This document shows, piece by piece, positions 23,173 to 33,560 of a DNA stretch of 64,000 nt (position 1 is its first letter; each line of letters begins with the position of its first letter). The translations under genes and the position numbers were made by a program. Under the pieces are notes generated by a model. The model saw nothing but the letters and a program-made list of their open reading frames with translations. It was not told the DNA's origin and did no database searches. Source of the DNA: Trypanosoma brucei (taxonomy: Eukaryota); NCBI GenBank assembly GCA_000002445.1, contig CH464491.1:1632001-1696000 (forward strand), written 5' to 3'.

Positions 23173-25704
23173 ATGTTGTCACGGAGCGCCTGGGTGTTTG
23201 CAATGAGTCCTCGCGCGGCACTCACTGCGCTTGGCATCCAGTTCACCTCTAATATCACACAGGCGACTGTCAAGAAGGCATACATTGCACAGACGCTGCG
23301 CTGCCATCCGGATCTCAACCCCGAAGATCCAAATGCGACAGAAAAATTCCGAACTATATCTGAGGCGCTTCGTGTTGTACTGAAGTCCCTTGAAGCGAGA
23401 AGAAATGCAACAGCACCGGGAGAAGGAGCAAAAACCACTGTATGCCCTGCATTCAATGATCCGGAGGGTGCCATAGAGACGCTGCGTCAGGCGGTTGCCG
23501 CTTACCACCGGCATCGAGAGATAATGCGCTCTGCTGCCTTTGTGGCGGGGAAGAATAAGAGTGTGCCGGCTGAGCGGGTAAATCCTTTCGTTGATAACTC
23601 ACTGGAGCATGTGTCTTTTGTCTGCCGCTCGGAGGCCGTTGCGATGCAGAGGGTGCGGCGGTTTTGTAACGAGCTGCCAGAGGTGTTATGCGGTCGTTCG
23701 TGTGCCCTTTTCGAAGCAGTAGCCTTCTTTAACTCACGGTACGTCGAAGCAACGTCTCAATGTGTGCTGCGGTTTTCAAAGAACCTTCCCATAATCGTCA
23801 GCCGAGTTGTGAAGAATCGGAAGAAGTACGTGCGTTACACGCAAAATAAGGCAATTTCGGGTTTTGGAACGGGGAGTCGACCCCAGCGACAGCGCATCGA
23901 AGACATGTCAATGAAACCCCTCGTCCTCGTTGGTGCGTTGATTTTCGACCAGGGAGGCAGGTGCTGCCCAAACGCTGAGTGTTCATGTAGTTCTGAACAC
24001 AGTGGGTCAAACTATAACTTGCACAACTGTAATCAAAGCACTTGCGGCGCCGTGTGCAAGGAAGAACTAAAAATATGTGATGAACTGAAGTGTGTTATCA
24101 ATCCTTCAGATTCAATAGGTGATATCACAGAGAATATTGGTCGTTGGGAAGCCGCTAGTTTTAACCGACTCCAGCTGGAACTTGCAATGGTAGATATCAC
24201 GTCCCTAATCTCCGGTATTCTCGAGCTTAACGACCACCCACTAACAATGATGAACCACTTGCACCTCCCAAAATCGACGTCTGAGAGGGTGTCGTTAACT
24301 CTTCAGAAGCTTGCTTGTGGTTTGTGCCACCACTGCGGCGAACACGAACGTGGAGTTACCACTGACGTGGAAGCCTCTGGTTCCCACCGTTGCCCAGAGA
24401 TAACGACTATCGCAGACAGGATAAACTTCTGCCGACACCTAGCTCACACTGCGGCCAGCTATATTAAAGGAAACATAATCCTCGTGTTGGATGATCATTC
24501 TTCCCTGGTGGAAAGCGCTAATGAAGTGGTTGTGGACGAAGTAGGGGATATTACAACGGGGACGAAACTGAACTCGGTTGATTGTGAAAAAGATTACCAA
24601 GTCGCTCGTCACATGAGTTGCTGCACCGCTGAGATGATACAGTTTTCGGTGTCTGTCAAACTCTCGAAGGACGTGGAACACTTTCTCGACTGCGTAATCG
24701 CCGCGATGACACGGGTGTCTGAGGAAGCTGAATCCTCAGTTTTTACGTTACCAACTCTTCTGGAATTGAGGGAGAGGGTGGTGCAGGAGGAGTTTATCCC
24801 GGTGGGTGAAGGTGCCGGGCAGCTGAATGCAGATGCTGTCAATGAGGGAGTGAATTGTGCAGAAAAATATCCTGCCGAGGCAGTTGCAGCCGCGGAGGGG
24901 AATCTGGAAGGTGGTAGTGTGGAAACGGACAGTGAGTGCCGCGCCGCCAACCAGCTAGACTTCGACTCCTCGCGCCAATTGTGTGAAGTTGAAGAACGAT
25001 GTGACGCAGAATATCGGTACCGCGGGCCAATACGCTGCTTTCCTCGTATATTTTCAATGGATGCACAACAGGAACTCTTGTTCTGGAAAAACGTGCGCAA
25101 ACATCGTTTGTATCTTGCAAGGCGCGCACCCGCCATGAATTCTGTGAATATTTACTACGATTGTATGCCCTACGATCCACATCGGCACTCGCTGCATCAC
25201 GATCTCCGCCGCAATAAGGATGAACTTTTTGCAGGATGGGTGGGTGAAGCTGAGGAGGGTGTAGACGACGCGGTGATTACAAAAAAGGAACTGCAAAGCA
25301 GTGCCATGTTTCTTGAGTGGCTGGAAGATGTTGCGGAGCAATCTTCACTAAACAAGGAATGCCAACGAATAGTCCGCGAGTCGGGAATCGGCTACATCTC
25401 GCGTGATCCGCTGCTTCCTCTACAGCATTACTTATCGTTCGTTAAAGTTTTTTCCGCTGCGGCGACAGTGCGAAGCATCATTGAAAGTGGCGCCAGCAAT
25501 GACAAAGGAGCAACTTCGGAGAACCCTGGCCTATTCATTGTGGTTGGCACGGAGTGCGATGTGCGTGACGGTGGACGGCTTTTAGTGCCGTGGTGGATGG
25601 ATCCCCTAGCACTGCTAGCGCTCTTGCAGTGCGACGACGCACAGGAAACACGCTGCCTCAATGGAGGTGCCGCTGCGTCGCCATCAGCAGCACAAACGCC
25701 ATGA
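23173..25704 (+). CDS. DnaJ (J-domain) protein
   Basis: ATG start. N-terminal region KKAYIAQTLRCHPDLNPEDPNATEKFRTISEA carries the J-domain HPD signature. An internal Cys-rich segment follows (CCPNAECSCSS...CNQSTCGAVCKEELKICDELKC). Last gene of the plus-strand block. Confidence 0.65.
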   Translation: MLSRSAWVFAMSPRAALTALGIQFTSNITQATVKKAYIAQTLRCHPDLNPEDPNATEKFRTISEALRVVLKSLEARRNATAPGEGAKTTVCPAFNDPEGAIETLRQAVAAYHRHREIMRSAAFVAGKNKSVPAERVNPFVDNSLEHVSFVCRSEAVAMQRVRRFCNELPEVLCGRSCALFEAVAFFNSRYVEATSQCVLRFSKNLPIIVSRVVKNRKKYVRYTQNKAISGFGTGSRPQRQRIEDMSMKPLVLVGALIFDQGGRCCPNAECSCSSEHSGSNYNLHNCNQSTCGAVCKEELKICDELKCVINPSDSIGDITENIGRWEAASFNRLQLELAMVDITSLISGILELNDHPLTMMNHLHLPKSTSERVSLTLQKLACGLCHHCGEHERGVTTDVEASGSHRCPEITTIADRINFCRHLAHTAASYIKGNIILVLDDHSSLVESANEVVVDEVGDITTGTKLNSVDCEKDYQVARHMSCCTAEMIQFSVSVKLSKDVEHFLDCVIAAMTRVSEEAESSVFTLPTLLELRERVVQEEFIPVGEGAGQLNADAVNEGVNCAEKYPAEAVAAAEGNLEGGSVETDSECRAANQLDFDSSRQLCEVEERCDAEYRYRGPIRCFPRIFSMDAQQELLFWKNVRKHRLYLARRAPAMNSVNIYYDCMPYDPHRHSLHHDLRRNKDELFAGWVGEAEEGVDDAVITKKELQSSAMFLEWLEDVAEQSSLNKECQRIVRESGIGYISRDPLLPLQHYLSFVKVFSAAATVRSIIESGASNDKGATSENPGLFIVVGTECDVRDGGRLLVPWWMDPLALLALLQCDDAQETRCLNGGAAASPSAAQTP

Positions 25705-25875
25705 GGTGGTTAAACGGAATAAGTTGCTTTTGTTAATCTTGAAAAATATCTGCATTTATTTCACTAATAGTTGGGAAGAAATCTTCCTGTTACCATAATA
25801 CTCTGTTGCTCACTCTACTTTAAACAGCTATTTTTCATGTGCGCACTGGAATGGGAAGGAGCGAGCCGCAATGCT

Positions 25876-26175
25876 ACTGCGGAAAGTCGCACGGCAACCG
25901 GGGCGCAACGGATTTTCCGCCATTGGTAAACTACGGCATGTGACGGACGATAACGGAAAACATGGCACGTGGGAAGACGGTTTTTTGGCCATGGGAAGCT
26001 GCAGCAGTGCTTCCCGACCAAGGAGCAAGAAAGTCGCACGGCAACCGGGGCGCAACGGATTTTCCGCCATTGGTAAACTACGGCATGTGACGGACGATAA
26101 CGGAAAACATGGCACGTGGGAAGACGGTTTTTTGGCCATGGGAAGCTGCAGCAGTGCTTCCCGACCAAGGAGCAA
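25876..26175. repeat. Tandem duplication, 147-bp unit x2, GC-rich, open on both strands
   Basis: The motif aagtcgcacggcaaccggggcgcaacgg recurs at 25884 and 26031 (period 147). The whole unit is repeated near-identically. Each unit contains the hairpin gggaagc-tgcagcagt-gcttccc. Track ORFs on both strands show the 49-aa repeat KVARQPGRNGFSAIGKLRHVTDDNGKHGTWEDGFLAMGSCSSASRPRSK. Confidence 0.85.
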
Positions 26176-26671
26176 AGATCTTTCGGAACCTAACGTGGGA
26201 TGAGGAAGTTTACGGTACGATTGATGACGAAAGAAAGATGCCGCGGCGATCGTTGAGGCATTGCGACCTTCGCATTGAAAATGCCAACAAATCGTCGAGC
26301 GAAGGGATTCACTTTGCCGCGTTTTTCGTCAAAACCGGTCATGCCCGGACTGCTAAAATTCTCGTTTTTTTACGGAGTGGGCCTACTGGGGTGCCCATTC
26401 GCCTTCTATCGTTCTTCACGGATGCCCATACCCTTCGGAAAAGCCTTGTCGTCCTCTCCCCCACGTGGACCGATGAAGAGCGTCCTTAAATCCATTGTCA
26501 GGATTATCCGGAATCTGCTTCTCTGCCCGAAGCCTTTTTACTGGTGCGATGCCTATTAGCACCTCCAACAACGGTATCTGCGGCATCTTCTGGTTTGGTT
26601 GCCATTTAAGATTTCACAGTTTCAGCCGCCGTGGATATTCACCGATTTTCAAGTGGACTTACACGCGCATT

Positions 26672-26687
26672 GGGGGGGGGGGGAGGG
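26672..26687 (+). repeat. G12AGGG homopolymer tract (G-quadruplex-capable)
   Basis: tggggggggggggagggcgcgg read directly in the sequence. Confidence 0.8.
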
Positions 26688-28855
26688 CGCGGCCTTTCAA
26701 TCTAGTCTTATACCCTTCGGTTTAAACGGCGTGCATAAGAAACGTACCGGTCACTTGTGGAGTGGCAATCTTCTTTCCAGGATGTTCTCTGCCCCAACTT
26801 CTTCCTGCGTCGCATATATTGGAGCGGGTATAGTAATTGCCGGAAAGATTCGCCGAGTTCGATTTCTGAAGTTTTGTTTTAATTTTCTACCGTGTCCGCT
26901 TGCTTATGCTGCGTGCGTTTGATACGAACACCTCGTCCCCAGCATTTTTCTGGGCACTGAAGGGTCTTTGCAGGCAGTTTTGTTACCAGAAATGTTGCAT
27001 CATCCATATTTCTCCTTTATTTTTACTGAATTTTTTACAGGGTATTGATTCCTGATGCGTGGGGAAAAGCCTAGAACGCGAGCGTGTCAGTACCACGTTC
27101 CGCACTTTTCCTCAATTGGGAGTTTTGGCGTGGCTCCAAGAAGGGTTTAGTGCTTCCGCCCTCTCCTCCTCCCCCTTGCACTCTTTTCCTTCCCCCTCCT
27201 GTGACTTCTACCCCCAACTCCGCAGGGAGCGAAAGGGGCCGTCTCGTTCTCATTGTCAACCCTTCGCGCTACTAATGGCCGTCGACCCTTATAACACTTA
27301 GTGTCTGTTCCCCCATGCCCTTGAGCACACAACCTAATGCCCACGCACAGAACATACCCGTTTCGGAATTCATCGCCCCAGTGCACCAATCCAACCTTTG
27401 CCTCCCGGAACAAAGCGCTTGTGAAACGTTAGCCCCCGCTTTTTCGCTAAAAAGTTTTCGACCGTGCCTTCAGCTCTCAAATTCGTTGTAAGCATCTACG
27501 TGGCTACCAGCGGTGGAGCGCGTCCATGAATTGTCTTCGCGTTCCATCGCATTTCCAGCACAAGTTATAGATCACTGCTGCGAGTGCCCGTGTTGTTGCC
27601 AAGTTTCTACAATCCCTCCTTATGTTTGTTTGTTTTTTTTTCCAACCTGAAGCGATGCCGGTGGGGAATTCACCAAACACTAGTTTGAACTCTACCATGG
27701 TAAATGGTATGGACCTAAAACCTCCCCGCTGCTCCAAGCAATAACGCCCGTGATGCCATTCGTATCGTATTCTCTCGGTTTCCCTTCCATGTATCCCAGA
27801 GCTCAATCGCCCGCTGATTCTTTGATAACCTCAGACCATTAGTCACTACAATGGGCGTGCTCAACAACCTCAGAACAAGCAGCGAGTTTATCAGGTTCCG
27901 GTCCCTTGATTTATTTTTTGAATTCTGTTTCTAGCCCTTACCTCCTCCATTGTTCTGCGGCCACCTCCTTCAGCACTTGTTTTAGCTTTGCAAATTTTTG
28001 TTCCCTTTTTCCTGCAATTCGCACAATTTTCAGCATCTGCTTCCATATCCGGCATTTCTTTAATCCAGAAAGATGGCACCAACTCATTTCCTTCGCCAGT
28101 TGCTTTCATTGATTCCATGCGGATTGAGGAGGAAATTGCGTTGCCCATCCCATCCGTCATCCTACGGTAATATTAAAAACCGTGGATGAACTTCCTAGAC
28201 GCATATTTGCCGCCGAGTTGCCCAATCGGTGCTATTCCATGCGAATAGTAGACGTCTATGACGGCACAAACGGACTCAATAGCTGTCCCTACGGATGCTT
28301 GCTTCGAGCTTTATTTAACGGTCTACTAACGATGCAAACCATTCCCTCCGGTGGAGAAGATATGTAAAAACATTAGAGCCAGCAGGAGGCCTGTGGTTTC
28401 CCTCAAGTCCGCTTGGAACGGGGGCATTGAACGGTTAGCAGTGGTAAAAGAAAAAAGGAACAATTAAAGCGATTGAAACATCGTACTCGATAACGAACAC
28501 TACCTGGTGCCTTTGAATGATCCCCTCTAAGTATCTTCTTCATGTTTGGATATCTCATGAAGAAAGAGAGAAGGGGGAAAAGAAGGGGGCTTGTTACCTT
28601 CCACTGTAACAATAACCCCCATTCTATTCTCCGCCGCCTTTAGAGAGTCCGAAAATACACGCGTACAGAAACAATCATTTTGGAGAAGATGCGCAAACTT
28701 CTCCCGACTTCCCTCCTCTTCTCACCACGACCCCAACGCCCCCTCAATGGAACAAAAACCACCAACTCCTCATCATGTTTGCACAACCGCTAAGCGGGAG
28801 CGGTTAAGGGGCACCGCGCCGGCATGACTTCTTCCTTCAAACAATATGCAGTTCA

Positions 28856-28878
28856 GTGTGTGTGTGTGTGTGTGTGTG
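28856..28878. repeat. (GT)11 microsatellite
   Basis: gtgtgtgtgtgtgtgtgtgtgtg read directly. Confidence 0.9.
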
Positions 28879-29540
28879 GAAGAATATAGCAGAAAGGGAT
28901 CAAAACAATAACAACATAATGGAGGCAGAAACAATGAAAGCGGTATACGCGATCTGTTGGTGGCTGGAATGTTTTAAAAGTTAAGAGGCCTGCGGGGGAA
29001 CCACATATATAACGACCCCTGCGGAGGCACACGCTAAGATTACAATCTCATAAGTGGCGGAAGCATAGTTCTCACATTGCCACTGTATGAATCCGCTGTC
29101 AATGTTAAAAAGAGAAGGAGAGGGCGCGCAAATAGCGCCAGGCACCATACTGCAGTCCCATGTGAAGGAGACGAAACGTATGGAAACGAAAAAAAAAGGG
29201 AGCGTGTTAATGGAAGAGGGGTTAAATTACAAAATTTAAAAAAATAACTTCGTCACGGAAGCACCTGTCACGTTACCGTATGTGACATGGAAAGAGGGCA
29301 TTTAGCCAGCACCTACAACAGGGGTTGGCGCCAGCATTCGCTATCAAAATAATAATAATAATTAAACAGTAAGGTTATTAAGTGTATGCCAAAGACACAC
29401 CATAAACACATGGAAGGGAATGGAATGTAAACGAATAAAGAGTAGGGATACAGTGGCGAACATCAACATTAACATCCAGATGAGTGATTCTGTATCAGCA
29501 CCACGTCTGCCTGCAAGGGTGTGGGGGATGAGATTTAAAA

Positions 29541-29560
29541 ATATATATATATATATATAT
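29541..29560. repeat. (AT)10 microsatellite
   Basis: atatatatatatatatatat about 200 bp beyond the GRESAG4 stop codon. Confidence 0.9.
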
Positions 29561-29759
29561 TTGTCGGGCGCAAAGGCACCGGCAAGGCACCCTAGTAAGC
29601 CGTTGCTGGTTAAATAACGCTAAGAAATAAGTCGCTTAGTGCGAGGTAGTAGAAGGAAGTGCATCTGATTTAAAACACAAAACAATAACTTTAAAAAAAA
29701 ACAAAAACGATTCTCGCATAAGGTGTGGGTTGGTAAGGGGGAAAATAGCTACGCAACTC

Positions 29760-32700
29760 TCACACCGACACAAAGGGCTGGTCAGCAGAGAAGCACTCAT
29801 CAAGTTGCGAGCAACGGTTGGAGATGTAAATCACTGATGTGCTGTGAGTGCTGGTAGTGAGTTCATTATTACCATTCGCAGAGTGATCCACAACCCGTCC
29901 CACCTTTGCGGCAATACGGCGTATCACATCCCCGCAATAAACATCGTCCCAGACTGGATTCGCCTGGTTGGGAAGAGGGACACGCCATCGCTCACAATAC
30001 GGCCGCAGGAGTTTCTCGCGCTGGGGGACCTTAAATGTACTGAGGAGTGCCTCCAGGGAGCTCGCAATCATTTGGGCGGACTCGCTCAAATCAGCCAGTG
30101 ATGAACTGTGGTCGCTTGTGGTTATGGTTGTCCCGTCGCCGCCCTCGTCAAAATAGTATTCACGGTCAAGCCGCAGTGCTGCGAAGGTGCGACCAGGCAC
30201 GGCGTTCAACTGGTAAAGTTCCACTGGTTGTGGTGCACCACGCAGTGCAACAAGCCCCAGGGGGACGACGTCGATTTCCTTTCGTTCATCTTCGCTCAGA
30301 GCAAGGTATGTGGCCCGAGTTAGCAGCACCTGACCGCCGTTCGCGACGCTCTCCGTACGTGCGGCCATGTTAGTTGTACCCCCATAGTAGTCGTAGCCCT
30401 TCGTCACTTCATCATAGCGGATGTCACACAACCCGGTATGAACACCTACACGTACACGCAAGCCGTTCCAGAGACTCCCGTACACGTCAGGAGCAAGACG
30501 GGCAGTGGGTGGAGTGTACTCTTTATCGTCGCAAGCTCGCTGCTCTTCAAAGGCATGATAGAAGCGGTCGAACACCTCCGTTTCCCATTTGTGACTCAGG
30601 AATTGCCGCTGGAGTTCACTCACGAGCTGCACCGCAGCAAATGGGCTCCGGCAAGCAATCATGAACGAGTCACCAATCGTTTTCACTTCGTAGCAGTTGT
30701 ACTCGACCATCAGGGACCGGATAATTTTATGGTGTGACGCCACGGCGTCAGGCATAAGCTCGGGGAAACCGGCCCACTGTGCTGTGCTGCTCTCAATGTC
30801 CGTGAACACGAGTGTAACGGGCTCCGTCGATTCCCTCGGCGCAAGCTCGTTGTCGCGGGCATTGCGCAGGGTGAAGTACAGTACCAGAGCAAGCGCAGCG
30901 AGCAGCAATGCGACGAGGGTAGAGCCAATAGCAATCGCAATCACCTGCCCTTGTGTAAGTTTGTTTTCGTCGACGTAAACTAGCGTTGGTGTCACACCAT
31001 TTTGTAGCGGCGGTGTGGCGGGATCCAGCAATCGAGTCAGGGACCACACGGAGATGTTTGTTCCCCCGTAATTGGAAAGGCAATTGCTGGCAAGAGCGAC
31101 GCCATTCACAATGCAATCAACATCGCTAAAGGGCCCGTACCGCATGTCATCGACGTTGATGGTGGACTCGGAGTAGAAATAGTCAGCCAGCAATTTCGCG
31201 TCAACCTTCTCCATATGGTCAAGGACGGACACCATCAGCCGCGCCGTGGAAAAGCCCCGCAACGACATGGGAGTTCTCATCGCCGGCTCAGGCACGGCCT
31301 TGTGGTAAGCTTGAACAGTCAGTGACGACGAGTTCTCCTCCGCCCAGTGGGGCTGGTTGGTGGCGAATACGAAGCGGTTGGTGGTCGTAGGCGGGGTTCT
31401 GCTAAATGCTGCTCTCAACTCCTCGTACATTAGCGTTACATCAGGATAAATGGCGAAGATCCGTAGACCTCTTTTAGCATCAAGGTGCTCAGCCAGGTCA
31501 TACACCTCTAACGCCGTAAACCCAATAACAAACACGTCCCCGCTAGAGGGGAGATGGGGTTTCAACGAGCCCTCATTATCCACAATTACCTTCGATTGCA
31601 TGAAAATACCGTACGTCCGCAGTGTGGCTATCAACACCTCCAATATCATATCCGCATCGTGGGTTCGAATCACTACACGCACGTTTCCGCCAGGGTGCTC
31701 CGAGATGTACTGAACCAGAACATAGAGTTCCTGCGCAAGCGTAGGTGACACGTATATCACGTTTCGGTTAAACCTGTTCATACGAGGGTTGCTGGTTATG
31801 GGGTCAATGAACGCCAAATTCTCCGTGGCCAAGATTTCCTTATTCACGACGCCAAACAGGGCCGGGATCACCTTCACATCACGCATTTGCTCCAGTTGCT
31901 CGACAGCCTCATCGCCCGTTGCCTCTAAGGGATGCAAGAAGAACCTGTCACGCTCTCCAATCCGGCCGTTGCCCAGCAAGGCGGAGGCGCCGTTAAGATA
32001 CCTCAGACTCGCGCGGTAAACAACCACATTGTCCATCAACTGCACAATAAGGCCGTTCAATGGTGCGCGCAGAACAACACCAGCGCTGGAGCACTCTGAT
32101 GCGCCCCACGTCAGAAACCCCGTGACCACGGGCTGCAACCGAAAACCATCCACGACCTCCTTCATGTACACCACGCTCCCACCCTGGTTGCACTGACACA
32201 CAGCACCTTGCCATGCAGCAAACGCATCGCAATCACCTCCAAAGTCGCCAACAACGAGATCATCAATAAGGTAGCGCCGTTGTTCGTACAGTGAGTCTAT
32301 GAATGCTGTGCTGTTAGTTAACGACAATGTGCTCCGGAGAGCTCGTGATACGACTTCCCCGGTGATCCATCCAGTGAGCATCAACTCCCCGCTGGTATCA
32401 TCTTCAAGGAGTTCCTGTCGCATCGCAAACCTGTGCCCCTCATCACTAGATGAGAGGTACTCGTCCACCTCTTCCCGGAACCGTTTCACAACCGCAAATC
32501 GTGCGTGGTTCGAGAGGGGGTTAACACCGCTTATAATCAGTTGTCCGGGTATCAGTTCACGACCACTCTCCTCTAAGGCATCCCGCCAAGTATTAATCAG
32601 GAAAACCTGAGCGCTGGATGGCGCAAGTACGTACACACCTGTGGTGCGATCGTCGGTAGCCATTCTCCTCACAAACTCTCTGGTGACGGGATTGGGTGAG

Positions 32701-33494
32701 CCAAGTAAAAGCACGGCTAATGGGCGGGTATTCACAAACTGCTCCCACTCGGCATCAAACGCGGTGCTGACAACCTCCAGTCCACCGGTACCCTCGAGGG
32801 AGAAAGTTCCGCTCAACTCGTACCCCATTCCCGACAATATCTTTAAGGTGAACGCATGCGACTCCTTACCGAAATATGAGTCACTCAGATACATAAACCC
32901 AAGGCGGGAAAGTCGCAGGGTGACGGCAAAGTATCGAATCAGGGTCAGCAGTTCAGCGTCTGGCTCAGCGGTAGTGAAGTACAGGTGGCGATTCCACCCA
33001 CGAGCCTCATCCGAGTAAGTTAGGGGTGAGAAAGCAACTACATCGTTGTTCTTAAGGTGTTCGAGGGACCAGAGCACATTGTCGTTGCCCAGCGGACCCA
33101 CTGCTATCAAAAGCTTTCCTTTACTTGCCTCCACGGCACTCTCAAAAAGCTCCTCAATAGGCTGGTCATGGGACGAGGGTCGAATGACAGAGACTTTCAC
33201 CCCGTTGGGGATGTCTCCACGACGGGCGGCCAGCGACGCCTCGAAACCGGTGCTCAGGGCGTCAACACTCACCTTGGGGAATTTAGGGTTGTACATAAGG
33301 TAGAGAATGTTGACTGTCACCTCCGCGCCGGCAGCCACACGCACCCCAACGGACAGCAGCGCGAGGAGCGCCACCGCCATGGTGAAGGGGCGCGGTAAGT
33401 TGGACGCAACCAACGGCGGGGCCCGGACGACACGCGAGGCAGGACGGCAATTCAATACCGCCCCGCACCCACCACACAAACGGTAATCGTTCAT
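29760..33494 (-). CDS. GRESAG4: Receptor-type adenylate cyclase (GRESAG4 / ESAG4-like)
   Basis: 1244-aa ATG-start ORF. N-terminal signal peptide (MAVALLALLSVGVRVAAGA), large extracellular periplasmic-binding-protein-like region, single TM (VIAIAIGSTLVALLLAALALVLYFTL), then class III cyclase motifs LVFTDIESSTAQWA, YEVKTIGDSFMIA, GVHTGLCDIRYDEVTKGYDYYGGTTNMAARTES. Architecture is that of trypanosome receptor adenylate cyclases. Confidence 0.9.
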   Translation of the reverse strand: MNDYRLCGGCGAVLNCRPASRVVRAPPLVASNLPRPFTMAVALLALLSVGVRVAAGAEVTVNILYLMYNPKFPKVSVDALSTGFEASLAARRGDIPNGVKVSVIRPSSHDQPIEELFESAVEASKGKLLIAVGPLGNDNVLWSLEHLKNNDVVAFSPLTYSDEARGWNRHLYFTTAEPDAELLTLIRYFAVTLRLSRLGFMYLSDSYFGKESHAFTLKILSGMGYELSGTFSLEGTGGLEVVSTAFDAEWEQFVNTRPLAVLLLGSPNPVTREFVRRMATDDRTTGVYVLAPSSAQVFLINTWRDALEESGRELIPGQLIISGVNPLSNHARFAVVKRFREEVDEYLSSSDEGHRFAMRQELLEDDTSGELMLTGWITGEVVSRALRSTLSLTNSTAFIDSLYEQRRYLIDDLVVGDFGGDCDAFAAWQGAVCQCNQGGSVVYMKEVVDGFRLQPVVTGFLTWGASECSSAGVVLRAPLNGLIVQLMDNVVVYRASLRYLNGASALLGNGRIGERDRFFLHPLEATGDEAVEQLEQMRDVKVIPALFGVVNKEILATENLAFIDPITSNPRMNRFNRNVIYVSPTLAQELYVLVQYISEHPGGNVRVVIRTHDADMILEVLIATLRTYGIFMQSKVIVDNEGSLKPHLPSSGDVFVIGFTALEVYDLAEHLDAKRGLRIFAIYPDVTLMYEELRAAFSRTPPTTTNRFVFATNQPHWAEENSSSLTVQAYHKAVPEPAMRTPMSLRGFSTARLMVSVLDHMEKVDAKLLADYFYSESTINVDDMRYGPFSDVDCIVNGVALASNCLSNYGGTNISVWSLTRLLDPATPPLQNGVTPTLVYVDENKLTQGQVIAIAIGSTLVALLLAALALVLYFTLRNARDNELAPRESTEPVTLVFTDIESSTAQWAGFPELMPDAVASHHKIIRSLMVEYNCYEVKTIGDSFMIACRSPFAAVQLVSELQRQFLSHKWETEVFDRFYHAFEEQRACDDKEYTPPTARLAPDVYGSLWNGLRVRVGVHTGLCDIRYDEVTKGYDYYGGTTNMAARTESVANGGQVLLTRATYLALSEDERKEIDVVPLGLVALRGAPQPVELYQLNAVPGRTFAALRLDREYYFDEGGDGTTITTSDHSSSLADLSESAQMIASSLEALLSTFKVPQREKLLRPYCERWRVPLPNQANPVWDDVYCGDVIRRIAAKVGRVVDHSANGNNELTTSTHSTSVIYISNRCSQLDECFSADQPFVSV

Positions 33495-33525
33495 ATTTTA
33501 AGTTTTACTAGGTTAATCGCAATGT

Positions 33526-33560
33526 CTTCGGAAGGAGGAGGTAGGAAAGAAGGTTGCATA
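33526..33560 (-). promoter_or_regulatory. Polypyrimidine tract (minus strand) with downstream AG: candidate trans-splicing signal for GRESAG4
   Basis: Plus-strand polypurine ggaaggaggaggtaggaaagaagg lies 35-65 nt upstream (in the minus sense) of the ATG at 33494; AG dinucleotides lie between the tract and the ATG. Confidence 0.45.

Larger units (their letters stand above)
25705..29759. other. Convergent strand-switch region (transcription termination zone between a plus-strand and a minus-strand polycistronic unit)
   Basis: Every convincing CDS to the left is on the plus strand and every one to the right is on the minus strand. About 4 kb has no convincing ORF and contains a tandem repeat, a G12 tract, (GT)11 and (AT)10 microsatellites. 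Confidence 0.7.

Noticed and set aside
25876-26175. Possible CIR147 centromere-associated repeat, since the period is exactly 147 bp
   Set aside because: CIR147 arrays are AT-rich and span many kilobases. This element is GC-rich, has only two copies and sits in an ordinary termination zone. The period match is probably coincidental, though worth a BLAST check.
25815-26203. Three overlapping ORFs (110-117 aa) on both strands with an internal 49-aa repeat
   Set aside because: They are a by-product of a stop-free 147-bp tandem repeat, being open in both orientations. There is no independent coding evidence.
26821-26880. tRNA-like B-box resemblance (gagttcgatttc) in the strand-switch region
   Set aside because: No A-box, no acceptor-stem complementarity and no cloverleaf could be folded by eye. 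Not supported as a tRNA.
29760-33494. Whether this is a telomeric VSG expression-site ESAG4
   Set aside because: No 70-bp repeats, no VSG and no other ESAGs nearby; the flanking genes are housekeeping. It is a chromosome-internal GRESAG4-type cyclase.
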